Source of the DNA: Haliotis cracherodii
Taxonomy: Eukaryota
Assembly (NCBI RefSeq): GCF_022045235.1
Contig: NW_027266275.1
Span: 34,782,001-34,846,000 of the forward strand
Length of the DNA stretch: 64,000 bases
Reading direction: 5' to 3'
Shown here: positions 37,735 to 49,680 of the stretch, piece by piece
Layout of the letters: each line of letters begins with the position of its first letter
Position numbering within the stretch: the first letter of the stretch is position 1
Notes under the pieces: model-generated
What the model saw: only the letters and a program-made list of their open reading frames with translations
Database searches by the model: none
What the model was told of the DNA's origin: nothing
Position numbers and translations under genes: made by a program

Positions 37735-38220
37735 CTGGTCATCGGACATCATTTCTGTCACTGATGCGTCAAATTTGGAAATGTTCTCCAAATGCCTGCC
37801 ACAAAACGTTTTGAAAGCTCTACTAAGTCCTTGAATGTTGTGACCTTGATCAAACAACTTTTGAGGAAGAATCGTATGACGCTCTTAGAAATTGTGGCAG
37901 AAAAAGCATGCTTGATTGTACCTCCAAAGTTGTGAAATGTAGACACTAAAGACTGAAGCTGCTGGAATATTGCTCGACATAAAGGGAAAGTTGGCTATTG
38001 GAACGTCACTCTTTTCATACAGTCTTGTGGACAGTTTTTGTCACTCTGAACCTGTATGCATAGATCTAAATATGAAACAGATGAAGTGGTTTCTCGGGCC
38101 TCTTTTACTGCTAGCTCAGAGGGGTAAATCAGTGGAAGGGAATTGGCAAGTTAACCGGTTTTTTCACGATATCACGTCCTCGATATATCTTAAGCTTAAG
38201 TTTGCTTTTTGTCGTTTTTC
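37735..38220 (-). pseudogene. Penelope-like element reverse transcriptase remnant (C-terminal half)
   Basis: Manual translation across frameshifts: RYIED(38176-38187)...IYPSELAVKE..SYLDL..LSTRLYEK..ANFPFMSSNIPA..VYISQLWRYNQAC..KLFDQG..FKTFCGRH. Confidence 0.85.
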
Positions 38221-39049
38221 AAATCCGAGTTGAAATCGTATTAATGCAGGAACAGATGAATGCACACTTTTTACCTAAATGTCCTATCCCTATATTTTAC
38301 ATGGATGTTTTCTATGAAGAAATCCAGCATTTCAGAAAACTTTTCGCAGTAAACTGCCAAGCAATATGACCTACTATATGCCGGCGTCCAACAATTGTAC
38401 AATACAATTTACCATCAAACAACGAGGTGAAACCTGCATCCTCAACCGCCCTCATCCGCACCATCCCTTTGTTTTTTGCCATTCTTGTTTATTTCATCTT
38501 TTAAGACAAAGATGTAATTGCTGTCTATGAATCATAGGGAATGAAATAATTATTGTTTTCGCGATTTTGTAAAAAGAAATATCCACTCATTGTTTTTCTT
38601 TGTGTTCCGCCATTGAGTCCCCCCTGACCCTGTACGGGGGTGCAAGCATCATTACCCAGCTCAGTGATACGCAGCAAAGCGTCTTTGATGGCAAGAGAAA
38701 GAGATTTGGGTTCCGAAATTAAAGTCTTATGGTCTGAGAAGATCATTGCGAATTGAGAACATTGATTTTACAGCCATTGTCGATTACGGGTGGAATTTCA
38801 CCCGTGACAAGACTGAGTAAATTTAGTTTTATACCACTTTAGTAATATTGCAGCAAACTTACATCTGTTTTACGTATTATATTCATAAGAGAAGCAAAGC
38901 CTAGTCTTCAGTATGAGGGCCCAACACCTCAACCACTTCTCTACCTCACCGCCCTTCCCGACAAGAAACCATTTAATGTTTGATGTGTATGTTTTTAATG
39001 TAAGTGGTATTACCATGGTCCTTCCCTTACTTTGCTATGACCGCCTCCG

Positions 39050-39296
39050 GGGGCACGAGTAGCCCAGAGTTGCGTCCCCTGGGCACGCCGGAAACCTATG
39101 ATTGTGGGTTCGAATCCCGGTTCGCCACGATATGTTTCTAGGTTTGTCAGCACCATACCTATACTCGTGGGTTTCACCGAAGTGGTAAACGTCTGAGACC
39201 TGCATCACTTCCGGCTTTCCTCCCACATTAAGCTGACACACCGTGATATAACTGGGATACTGTTAAAAGCGGCGTTAAACCCAACTCACTCACTCA
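39050..39296 (+). mobile_element. SINE family C nested in the first bases of a SINE D
   Basis: 15-bp TSD ctatgaccgcctccg at 39035-39049 and 39297-39311. Confidence 0.95.
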
Positions 39297-39300
39297 CTAT

Positions 39301-39601
39301 GACCGCCTCCGAGGTCTAAGGGATTTAGTGTCTGTCCAGAGAGCGGTAGGTCGGTAGTTTAATCCCCTGGTCGCGTCATACCATAATACGTTAAAAGATG
39401 GTACTCTTTGTTACCCTCCATAAAGTACATAGTCAATATGCTGTGTCTGAAAGGGGTATCCATGGTATCTCAGAGGCTGGCATAATAAAACCGGCACTTG
39501 TCCGAACTAATACTAGTAACCCCACACACGTACATGCACCTCACTATATAAGTCTAATAATTCTGAACCTAGGGTAAACCCCATTTCAACGTACCTCACC
39601 T
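39301..39601 (+). mobile_element. SINE family D, diverged
   Basis: gaccgcctccg head, gcgtcatacca body, aaaccccatttc tail. Confidence 0.85.
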
Positions 39602-39692
39602 CTTCGCTACAATGAAACCCCGTTAAACCGGAAACCCGCCTCTCGAGCAATTGTTGTTCGAACCATGTACATATACTGCTCAATATTTATTA

Positions 39693-39905
39693 GTTTGTTT
39701 GTTGTTTAACGCCGCACTCAGCAATATTCCAGTTACATGGCGGCGCTCTGGACCAGACAATCCAGTGATTGATAGCATGAGCATCGATTCATGCAATTGG
39801 TCAGCGAGACTGACCACCCCATCCCGTTAGTCGCCTCTTACGATAAGCATAGTCGCCTCTTACGGCAAGCATGGGCTGCTGAAGACCTATTCTACCCCGG
39901 ATCTT
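39693..39905 (-). mobile_element. SINE family A with internal deletions
   Basis: cccgttagtcgcctcttacg with the 22-nt duplication. Confidence 0.9.
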
Positions 39906-40759
39906 TCTCAATGTGTAGGTGTTCTGTAGACAAACATGGCTACAAATCATTGGGCACCTTGTGATGAATGGGGTGATTCACCCCAACAATGTATTCATAC
40001 GCGGTATTTTAAGTACAAACACACTGATTATTTTAAGAATAACATATGATCGATATATTATTACCCTCGTGTGTATCAATTGATAAAAAAATATCCATAC
40101 ATGTCTAATATTTATTATATGGAAACTCACTCGGGTAATAATCTCAAAAATATCTTCACTTGGAATGGTACGGACAGTATTAAAGAGGTTTTACGCTTTA
40201 ATCCTTTGTATTTAGAAATTCTTCATGTCAACCTTTATCCAGAAACACTTTTGGGTTCAATAAAAAATCCTCATTATTACTTTACAAGCAGTTAACATGA
40301 ATATATGCTTTTATGGAATATAAATGTATTTTTAAGAAGATATTGGGTAAATCTTTATGCGACAATGACATAAGTATTTGCTGCACAGAGGTTGATTAAC
40401 CCTCTTTTAATGAGTTAATGACGCCTGGCACCAGTCCGCTAATAGTCAGTGTTTAAAAACTATTTTAGATTTTTTTACACAGATGTAATTAATATCACTT
40501 AGAGAATGCGTCCTAGTCAACTCTCATCTATCACTCCTTCCTCTCCTTCCCTCCCCTTCTAGATGAAACTACACTTTGCATCGCCCATTACCTGTGGCAC
40601 GCACATAATGGAGCCACTGACACATCTATCTGGCATCGCGTCAACACTCGCTCCATAGAATGAACTTCGCCGACGTCGATGAACGACATTACGCATGCAT
40701 TCTCTCAGCTATGCAAACGTTGCCCTTGCGGTGGGTCTTTATTGAAATGCATATCCACC

Positions 40760-41330
40760 CCCTGGCTCCCTTTCCGCCCTTACCCATCAACATTCCGAAA
40801 CGCCCCACCCACCGTCACGCACACCCTTACGACCGCCCACCACACCTTCCCCAACCCCATCCGCCTTTACCCCCACAGCGCCCACCCCTACCCCCACTAC
40901 CCTTACCCATTACAACCAGCACACTCCTACACTCTCCTCCCTTGCACCACCCCTACCCCCTCTACCCTTACCCTTACAACCAGCACACTCCTCAACTCTC
41001 CTCCCTTGCTCCACCCCTGCCCCCACTACCCTTACCCTTACTGCTAGCACACTCCTTAACTCTCCTCCCTTGCACCATCCCTACCCCAACCCCATCCGCC
41101 TTTACCCCCACAGCGCCCGCACCTACCCCCTCTACCCTTACCCATTACAACCAGCACACTCCCTAAACTCTCCTCCCTTGCACCCACCCCTACCCCCCTC
41201 TACCCTTACCCATTACAACCAGCACACTCCCTAAATTCTCATCCCTTGCACCCACAGCCGCCCCCCCCCCCCCCCCCCCCCCTTACCCATTATCCCCATC
41301 TAACCTCACCCCCCGCAACCATCCAACGCC
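40760..41330. repeat. C-rich degenerate minisatellite (~65-bp unit), G4-prone on the minus strand
   Basis: tacaaccagcacactcc recurs; dense CCC tracts. Confidence 0.85.
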
Positions 41331-41756
41331 TCCAAAGATTGTTAGCCAAACCATTTGATAATAATTTGTGTGAACACGTAGATTTTCTTAAAACGATCTA
41401 GGTTATGGAAGATTAACGCAGTGTTAACCTGCGGCACCAAATTGGCTCAACCTTGAATGATTTATGCGTTAGTACTGATTGACCCCACCAGTGGTCATAT
41501 CGACGTAACTTCAGGCCACGAGTGAAGCGGTCAGACGTCCTGGTACATTATCTCATTTCATGTATGTACAGAGAAACCGGACCTTGTGAGCCCGGACACG
41601 CCGTTTTCCGGACAATGACGATTAGGAATATCCATTGATTAGGAACATTGCAACATATCCCATTTTCGTCTATCCCGACAATTTCACTGGAAACGGTAAA
41701 TTCGTACTGTCGAGGTTTAACTGTACATAGAGGTTAAGGGACAAAATGGAGTCTTT

Positions 41757-41850
41757 GAACACAAGAAATAGGCTTCACACATTGTACCCATCTGGGGAAT
41801 CGAACCCAGACCTTGGGCGGGAAAAGCAACGTAACACCATACTCACACTC
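41757..41850. mobile_element. 5'-inverted SINE B fragment
   Basis: Minus-strand body followed by plus-strand aaaagc..cgtaa..ccatactcac tail. Confidence 0.6.
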
Positions 41851-42185
41851 ATATTTAAATACATGTTTCTTGAATATACACGTACGACTGTTTATACAAC
41901 TATAAAGAGAGTTTAAATGTACAAACTTGCAGCATAATTGTTTTGTTTCGATTGTGAAAACACTTAAGTTGCCGTTGCAAAATGTCAAAGAATTAAAGTA
42001 TGTGTCTGTTTTGTTCAATAATTTACTTTCTAGACAGTTAGTAGAGACTTTCTAGTTCAGTTGTTGGGCGTTGTGACGTGTCCATGTGTGCTGTGTGGTG
42101 AACTTGAGTACGTCGAGACAGTGACGGAGAAGATCGTGTTTATCATGTATAACACCGCAGCGCCTCTACTTCATCTAACAGTAAA

Positions 42186-42340
42186 AGGGGCGATGAGATA
42201 GCCTCGTGGTTAAAGCGTAAAGTCCCAGGTTCGATTCCCCACCTGGGTACATTGTGTGAAGTCCATCTCTGGGGTCCCCTGACGTGATATTGGTGGAATG
42301 TTGATTAAAAACGGCGTAAAATCCATACTCACTCTCACTA
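42186..42340 (+). mobile_element. SINE family B
   Basis: ggttcgattcccc B-box and tail. Confidence 0.85.
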
Positions 42341-42470
42341 CAATAGATACATAACAGCTATAATTTTCTAATATCAGCCCCTCACTCTTTTACTCGCTCT
42401 CGCTCTCACTCACTCACACACACACACCCCACACTTTCACTTATTTACCCAACCACTCACTCATTCACTC

Positions 42471-42505
<35 letters not shown>

Positions 42506-43608
42506 CACAGTCACTCACTCACTCACAGACGTACTCACTGACGCACTCACTCATCACTGAACCACTGCTGTCTATGGTGTAAAAACAACATTAGCTCTTA
42601 CACTGACAATGACATCATCTCTTTCAACAAGATCACTTCACTTATTATAAGGGCGGTGAATTAGTCTAGTGATTCAAGCATTGACTTGTCACGCAGATAG
42701 CCCGGGTTCGACTCTCCGCATGGATACAACGTGTGCAGTTTATCCTTAGTGTCGGAAGTCGTGGTATAGCTTGACTATAATCCTGTGTGTAAAATTCTAT
42801 TCTGTCAACTCCTTCTCTGATTATTATCTTAAATTGTCACATGTGTACATTAAATAACTCAGGGGTACAAAATCCATCTAACTAGTTCGTGCCTCTACCT
42901 TTAAGCGCTTTATTATGAAAATCACATTGATATCTAACAGTGTTGACATAACTACAAGCACTTGTGCTTAAAGCGTCGACATGTAAACACTATCGTTTCT
43001 ATAACAAGAAAACGTCTAGAGAATTCAGAAACCTGCAACAGTTTCCTGGATATATTTAACATCTTTCGTATAATTAGTCACCGCCATTTGCACTTACAGT
43101 ATCAATAAGTTCATTCCCAGTACAAGAATACGTCCAGCCCTTTAATACTTTCATTAGGAAAACATAGTTATGACAATTTGTGTGCATTTCTTCAGCTTTA
43201 TAGTGGCCAGGAAAAGCTCCGATTTGACCCACCGAGTCAGTACAATACTGAGGACGGAATTCAGAACAGTTCACATTTCATTGTTGAGCTTAACGTTAGA
43301 ATTCCGTGACTAAAACACTGTATATGACAATACTTACTGCCTCTTTGAAAGGCACGCTTACATAAATATCATGTTAGTTGGTACCCGATGTTTGCTCACG
43401 CTTGCAACGATCAACACAGGCGGACTAGCTGCCTCACAACTGGCTTTGTGCTCCTGGAGAAGTGGCACATTGAACCAGGACACATTCTTCATGTTGACGA
43501 GGCGAGCATGGAGAGGCATTCAAAAAGTCATCACCGAAATCTACTTGATTGTCAACGTGACACGCGTCATGCGCCGGTTGTCAATAACGCTGGATCCTCA
43601 TTGTGTGT

Positions 43609-44505
43609 TGGGGAGAGAAGGAGGGGCTGGAGGGGGTCTAGGAAGGGGGTAAGGCCGGGGTAAAGTGGTAGTATTTGGTCAGGGGCATTTGGTCAGGATG
43701 GTGGTAAGGGAAGGGGGTAGGGGTGAAGGGAAGGGGGTCAGGGAAGAGGGTCAGGGTAGGACTGGTGGGGTAGGGGAGGAGTGGAGGGGGAAGGGAAAGA
43801 GTGGAGGGGTAGGGAAGGAGCGGAGGGGGTACGGGGTAGTTATAGAGGGGTTAAGGGCAGGGGCGGAGGCGAGGGAGGGCGGGAGGGTTAAAGGGGAAGA
43901 TTGCAGGGTTTAGGGGGAGGTTTGGGGGGTAGGTACGTGATGGAAGAAGGTTAAGGGAAGTGGAGGGAGTTATGGGGAGAAGTGAAATCGGGGTTATGGG
44001 AGAGGGGAAGATTGCAGGGTTTAGGGGGAGGGGCTGGTGGTTGAGGGGATATGTGGAGGGGTTAGGGGGAGGTTTGGGGGGTTAGGTAAGTGATGGTAGA
44101 GGACTAAGGGAACTGGAGGGGTTATTGTGAGGATTGGAGGAGGTGTGGAAGAGGGTTAAGGGAGGGCCGGGGGAGGGGGGTTAAAGGGAAAGAATGGAGG
44201 GGTTAGGGGTAGGGGGAGGTGGTTAAGTGGATATGTGGAGAGCTTAGGGGAGGGCTGGGGTGGGGTGGGGGGTAGGTATACATGATGGAAGTGGAGGGGG
44301 TTATGGGGAGAAGTGAAATCGGGGTTATGGAAGAGGTGGAAGGGGGTTAGGTAAGTAAAGGAAGAGGTTAAGGGAAGTGGAGGGGTTATGGGGAGGATTG
44401 GAGGGGTTTGATGAGGTATGGAAGAGGGTTAAGGGGGGATGTAGAGGGGGGAAAGTAATTGAAGGAAGAGGGTTATCGGGAGTGGAGGGGTTAATGGAAG
44501 GGAGT
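43609..44505. repeat. G-rich degenerate repeat, G4-prone on the plus strand
   Basis: Dense GGG tracts; ggttaggg/ggttaaggg units; internal duplications. Confidence 0.85.
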
Positions 44506-45112
44506 TCGATCTTTGAAGGTAAAAGTAACACGATCCTATACTACCATGACAGACTCTTGCACGTTTTTTTTCCTGAAATTGTCTTAACTACAATAACCCC
44601 ATTCCCCATTTACTGACAAGTTGTTTTGTGTTTAATGAATAAAGCCTATGATTAATGTACGCAAAAATCGTGGTTTCGGAAGCTTGCTGCTCAGGAACAT
44701 AAGTACGAAATATTAATTCGTTAATTTGGACATTTGTAAACAGGAACGATTTCTATCTGTGGACGGTACCTTTCGGATTAAGAGGTGCTCATTGAAAATA
44801 AATCCATTTCTCTGTCTATCGTGAGTATACTTCAAGTTCGTAAGTAATGCTTCAATTTTGACCATTTCTGATTTTGAATGATTTTCTTCCTATGAGTCGT
44901 AATATATCTGATTTCTATGTAAGTAAATATTTCATATCTATATATATCTATGTAATATATTTAAACTTCCCGTCTTAGCAAATACCAGATGAATTTCCAG
45001 GATGCCGACTTGTTCATGGAACCTATAATATATATGACCCGTGCAATAGTACAATGTCCTATCCAGTAACCACAACCTATAAGATTGAACATATCTTTCT
45101 TTCATACCTGCC

Positions 45113-45270
45113 GGGGCGGTCGGGTAGCCTAGTGGTTAAAGCGTTCGTTCGTTCGTCACGCCGAAGACCCGGGTTCGATTCCCGACATGGGTACAATGTG
45201 CGAAGCCCATTTCTGGTGATATTGCTGGAATATTGCTAAAGGCGGTGTAAAATCATACTCACTCACTCAT
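45113..45270 (+). mobile_element. SINE family B
   Basis: TSD catacctgcc at 45103-45112 and 45273-45282. Confidence 0.93.
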
Positions 45271-45313
45271 CCCATACCTGCCACAATAACTTACACAGCC
45301 TCTTTATGAAATA

Positions 45314-45420
45314 CACTGCCGGGCAAAAGAAAGTATACACCCGTGTTTGATGGTGGCTAAAAATGAAGCAAATACGACATGTACAATTTTCAAGTGTATA
45401 CTTTCTTTTGCCCGACAGTT
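45314..45420. mobile_element. 107-bp Tc1-like MITE
   Basis: 27-bp TIRs cactgccgggcaaaagaaagtatacac / gtgtatactttcttttgcccgacagt; TA flanks. Confidence 0.9.
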
Positions 45421-45571
45421 TAGTTTGTTTGTTTTTTGTTTAGCGTCGCACTCAGCAATATTCCAGCTATATGACGGCGGTTTGTAAATAATCGAGTAAT
45501 AGACATGTTGAGCATCGAAGAGAATTGGGTGGGTACAATGTGTGACCTTGAGTGATTGTCATCGTATAGGG

Positions 45572-45856
45572 GTGAGTGAGTGAGTTGTGTTTAACGCCGC
45601 TTTTAACAGTATTCCAGTTATATAACGGCGTGTCAGCTTAATGTGGGAGGAAAGCCCGAAGTGATTCAGATCTTAGACGTTTACTACTTCGGTGAAACCC
45701 ACGAGCACGGGTATAGTGCTGACAAACCTAGAAACATAATCGTGGCAAACCGAGATTCGAACGCACAATCATGGGTTTCTGGCGTGCCCAGGGGACGCAA
45801 CTCTTAACTCTGAAGCGAATTGCAGCGCCTTAGACGACTGGGTCACCCGTTCCCCC
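45572..45856 (-). mobile_element. SINE family C, full length
   Basis: TSD ttgtcatcgta at 45556-45566 and 45857-45867. Confidence 0.93.
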
Positions 45857-46032
45857 TTGTCATCGTACAATGGGGATCGTTACTCACGCTATTTGAAATA
45901 AAAGCGACAAAACCCTTTCAATAATCATAAAAATTGGCATACTAATATTGTGATGTAAATGTTCATATCTATCAAATTAAGAAATACCCAATTCATTTTT
46001 TGTCAGAATACCACATTATTCTATTAAGCCCT

Positions 46033-46243
46033 AAAAGGCGACTATGCTTGTAGTAAGAGGCGACTAACGGTATGGGTGGTCAGGCTCGCTGATTTGGTTG
46101 ATTCATGTCATCGTATCCCAATTTAGATCTATCCTGGTGGTGTCAATCACTGGATTGTCGGGTCCAGACTCGAATATTTACAGACCGCCGTCATATAGCT
46201 GGAATATTGCTGAGTGCGTCGTTAAACAACAAACAAGCAAACA
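46033..46243 (+). mobile_element. SINE family A, 5'-truncated
   Basis: aaaggcgactatgcttg...aaacaacaaac. Confidence 0.9.
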
Positions 46244-46379
46244 TGAAGCATCGACAAAGACCGTCAACGAAAATACTTTAATTGAAAGCGGAATTAAAAT
46301 GTGGTTTATTATGATAATCAACTCCAAATACATTATAGCACTTATGTCACTTGTCACACATAAGGGTAAGATAAGACAG

Positions 46380-47620
46380 TTTATCAGGCGGCCATGATAC
46401 TTCAGTGATAGAGCCAGGTGTGGAATGAATTATCTCCCCGTTGACAGATATAGGCCAATCAAGATAGTTGGTAGTACAGTCAAGTATTTTGGCGCTTTCT
46501 ACAGCCAGCGAGCCGCCGTGAGTTTTATTGGCACGATCATATCACAGTATTGATTGTGACGGCATTCAAGCGTGACATCCGAATGGCTTTGCACTTGAAA
46601 CCAACGGGGAAGATCGATAGAGGAAATATTTGTATTGGCTCGGCGTCAGTGATACGGCAACAAAACATCGGGTTAGAGACGTTGAAACCCGACGTCATTG
46701 ACGTTCAACCCGAGAAACTGACGTTCAAATTCGGCACGAATGTAGTGGTTATACATGTTTTACGAAGTCGTAAGTCATTACGTGTATACGTAGCTGGAGA
46801 GAGGGGAGGGTGGGTTGGGTTTGATAAGTTGTTTTTTTAGGGAGGGAATTGTTTCGTGACGTGTCTGTTGTTTCGAGACAGAGAGAAGCGTGCTTCCCGA
46901 CAACGTAACCGCCTCGTACCCGTATTCGCACAGGCATATTAAGTTGTAACCAGCTGACCTAACAAACACAACACGGGTGTGTGTGCAGTGTCGCGCGTAT
47001 TGTCGTCGCACGTAAGTCATTCAACGTGATCGACTCTTGCAGAGATTTGATATTGTCCCCAATAAAGGATTTGATTAAAGTCCCATGGTATTGACTTATC
47101 GCTTGTAGAGCGGGTCCGTGGCTTTATGGGGAGTTAGTTATGTATCGACGTAGATCACACTACCAATGATCCACGGACACCGCGCACCTGTCCGCACGTG
47201 CTAGCTCCGCTCACAGCGGCACGATCAATCGCCGTTTGAAAATTATCCGTTTATTTATTTTCGCAGAAATTTATTGCACTGCACTGGGCCGAAGAAAGCA
47301 ATATGGATGCACTACAAGACCTGTTATTGACAAAACGGTCGTCCCGTCGCGAGAGCCCGAGATATTATGAAATTCTAGCTTGGTCCTGCCTTTGACAACG
47401 TACCCTGAGTTCGCCGCTAACAGCGGAACTGCAACGCCTATCTGATCTCACCTCTTGATTTTGAACAGGCCGGGAGATTTAGTGAGGGCGGTTAGCGAGC
47501 GGCCGAAACAACTTACGGAAAATCGTCGATATCTCCCCGTGTCATCAACACAGAGGATATTAGTTTATCTCAACACACATAATTTATTTCTCATTTTGAT
47601 CTGATAGATGTGTCAAGTCA
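46380..47620. promoter_or_regulatory. CpG-rich, repeat-free putative promoter/enhancer
   Basis: CCAAT boxes, TTTATTGG/TTTATGG (Cdx/posterior Hox-type), phased TGACGTTCAA, possible donor gtaagt at 47012. Confidence 0.35.
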
Positions 47621-48249
47621 ATATTGATGTGATCTTCATGGGAACTGTGGAGGAACCGCCTATAGAGAACTAGTTAATTCACGATAAAAGGGGGCGACAT
47701 CATTATACTACCCTCGCTGTAGATATACTAACACCTTGTACGGGGCTTAAGTTAAGTGGAAGGTCAATAGACACACTTTATTTCTATTTTATCATATTCA
47801 ATATTCCATTTCTAAACGATACAATGTCTTTCCTTTATCATAAATATAAATGCACTGTTTCATCACACATCTACAAACAAGCAAGCGATTTCCCACAAAG
47901 TCCCAGTTTATAATAACGAGACGATCCTTTAAGACTAGTATTGAATACTAATGGGCTAAATAACCACTATGTTATTTATGTGGTTAGAAAGTTTTGAAAT
48001 AAAATAAACAAAAGCCATGCAAGTCTATCCGCGTAACATTTGTACCTATGTTAAGTTGAAATATGCAACAGCTTTTCTCAATTCATCTTGCAAACGGGGC
48101 GACAGGCTCCCGCTGATGTTCAGGTTTCCAAATGTATGATAGATAGATAGATTTAAAAAATAGTAAATAATTAATACGTTTTCGCTGATAAACTACAATG
48201 AACACTTTTGGCAACACAAATAATGGAATCATATACAGTATGCATGTAT

Positions 48250-48771
48250 AATGGTCGAGAATATATATCAATCGAGAATGATTATTCCAGAATATATATC
48301 AATCGAGAATGATTATTCCAGTATATATATCAGTTGAGAATGATTACTCCAAAAAGATATTAGTCAAACATGATTAGTACAGAATATTGATAATTGAGAA
48401 TGTATGCTAATAAGGTTTATATAATAATCAATAATGTACTCTTTTCGAAACTGTACGCTAATCACGAATGTATACAAATAGAAGCTTAAAGCTTGTCTAT
48501 AATGTTAATTACTCCTGAATGGGTATTACTCGATAATGTATGCTAGTCTAGAATATATATTTGTCGAGATTATATTCCTGTCTATTATGTATACAATGGA
48601 AGACGAAGTTCACTTTCTGACAAAATGTCCATTTTACTCGGATATTCGATATAACCTTTGGAAGGAAGCTATCCTACTGGATCTTATCTTCCCACAGTTC
48701 TCAAACGTCGACCAGTTAATTTTTCTGATGCAGTGCATACCTCTACAGAAACCCTTTGAGAGAGAGAGAGT

Positions 48772-48832
<61 letters not shown>

Positions 48833-49680
48833 TCGATTATAATGCGCAAACAGTATAGTTTCAAGGTTGTCAGTGCGTCATATGCGTCATAATATGAATG
48901 GTGTGTATTGTACATTTGTGTCAGTGAGCGTGTATATTGTATGCTGTATATCATAACATAACTATGGGCGAGCATTATATGCTCAGTATTATATATTTTA
49001 ATTCTTTGATATTTTAATTAACGTAGTGTCTCATAGGTCTGTATGGCCGGATATTGCTTGCATATTTTATGCTTTTATGTCTGTTTCATCGTGTATAGCG
49101 ATATGTGACACTTAAATAAACTACTTCTTCTTCTTCTTCAATAGTCGAGAAATAACGTAGAGAATGTATATAGTCGATAATATGTACAAGTCAAGAATGT
49201 ATGGCAGTCGAGAATGTATACAAATAGAGGATTAAAACCTGTCGGAATGTATAGCAGTCGAGAATATATCCTAAGAGAGGGCTAAAACTAACCTAGCCGG
49301 CTAAAGGAAGAATGTACCCATGTTTGATGTTGGCTGAAAATACCAGAAATGGTCATGATGGTGATTCGACGGTGATGTATTTGATACGGGTATCATACTT
49401 GTGTCCAGGGCCTTAAGTTTGCAGTGTTTTCGGAGACTGTGTTCAGTTTAGAAACGTTTTCAGAACGTTAGTAATTGTTTGGTCCAATCCAGTCATCAAA
49501 TGTATACTTTATTTTAGCTTAGTCAAGAATGTGACTTACTCTAGACTGTGTATTAGTCGACATATTATACTAATCGAGAAATTATCCCAGTGGAGATTAT
49601 TTATTATATGAGAATATTTTCTAATCGCAAATGTACGATTTGTCGAAAAAGTATACCAGTCAATAATAAAGAAAAGTCCA
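48250..49680. repeat. Highly degenerate (gtcgagaatgtata)-type minisatellite hosting insertions
   Basis: tcgagaat recurs on both sides of the LINE fragment. Confidence 0.7.
48595..49139 (+). mobile_element. 5'-truncated LINE 3' end (RTE-X/L2-type C-terminal zinc knuckle)
   Basis: EDEVHFLTKCPFYSDIR motif, then 3' UTR, aataaa and (ctt)n tail; (GA)n expansion at 48758-48829. Confidence 0.8.

Noticed and set aside
40660-41166. 168-aa Pro-rich ORF (possible shell or matrix protein)
   Set aside because: Arises from the C-rich repeat; no signal peptide; overlapping frame also open
43609-44505. Interstitial telomeric array
   Set aside because: Only scattered TTAGGG-like units, never tandem
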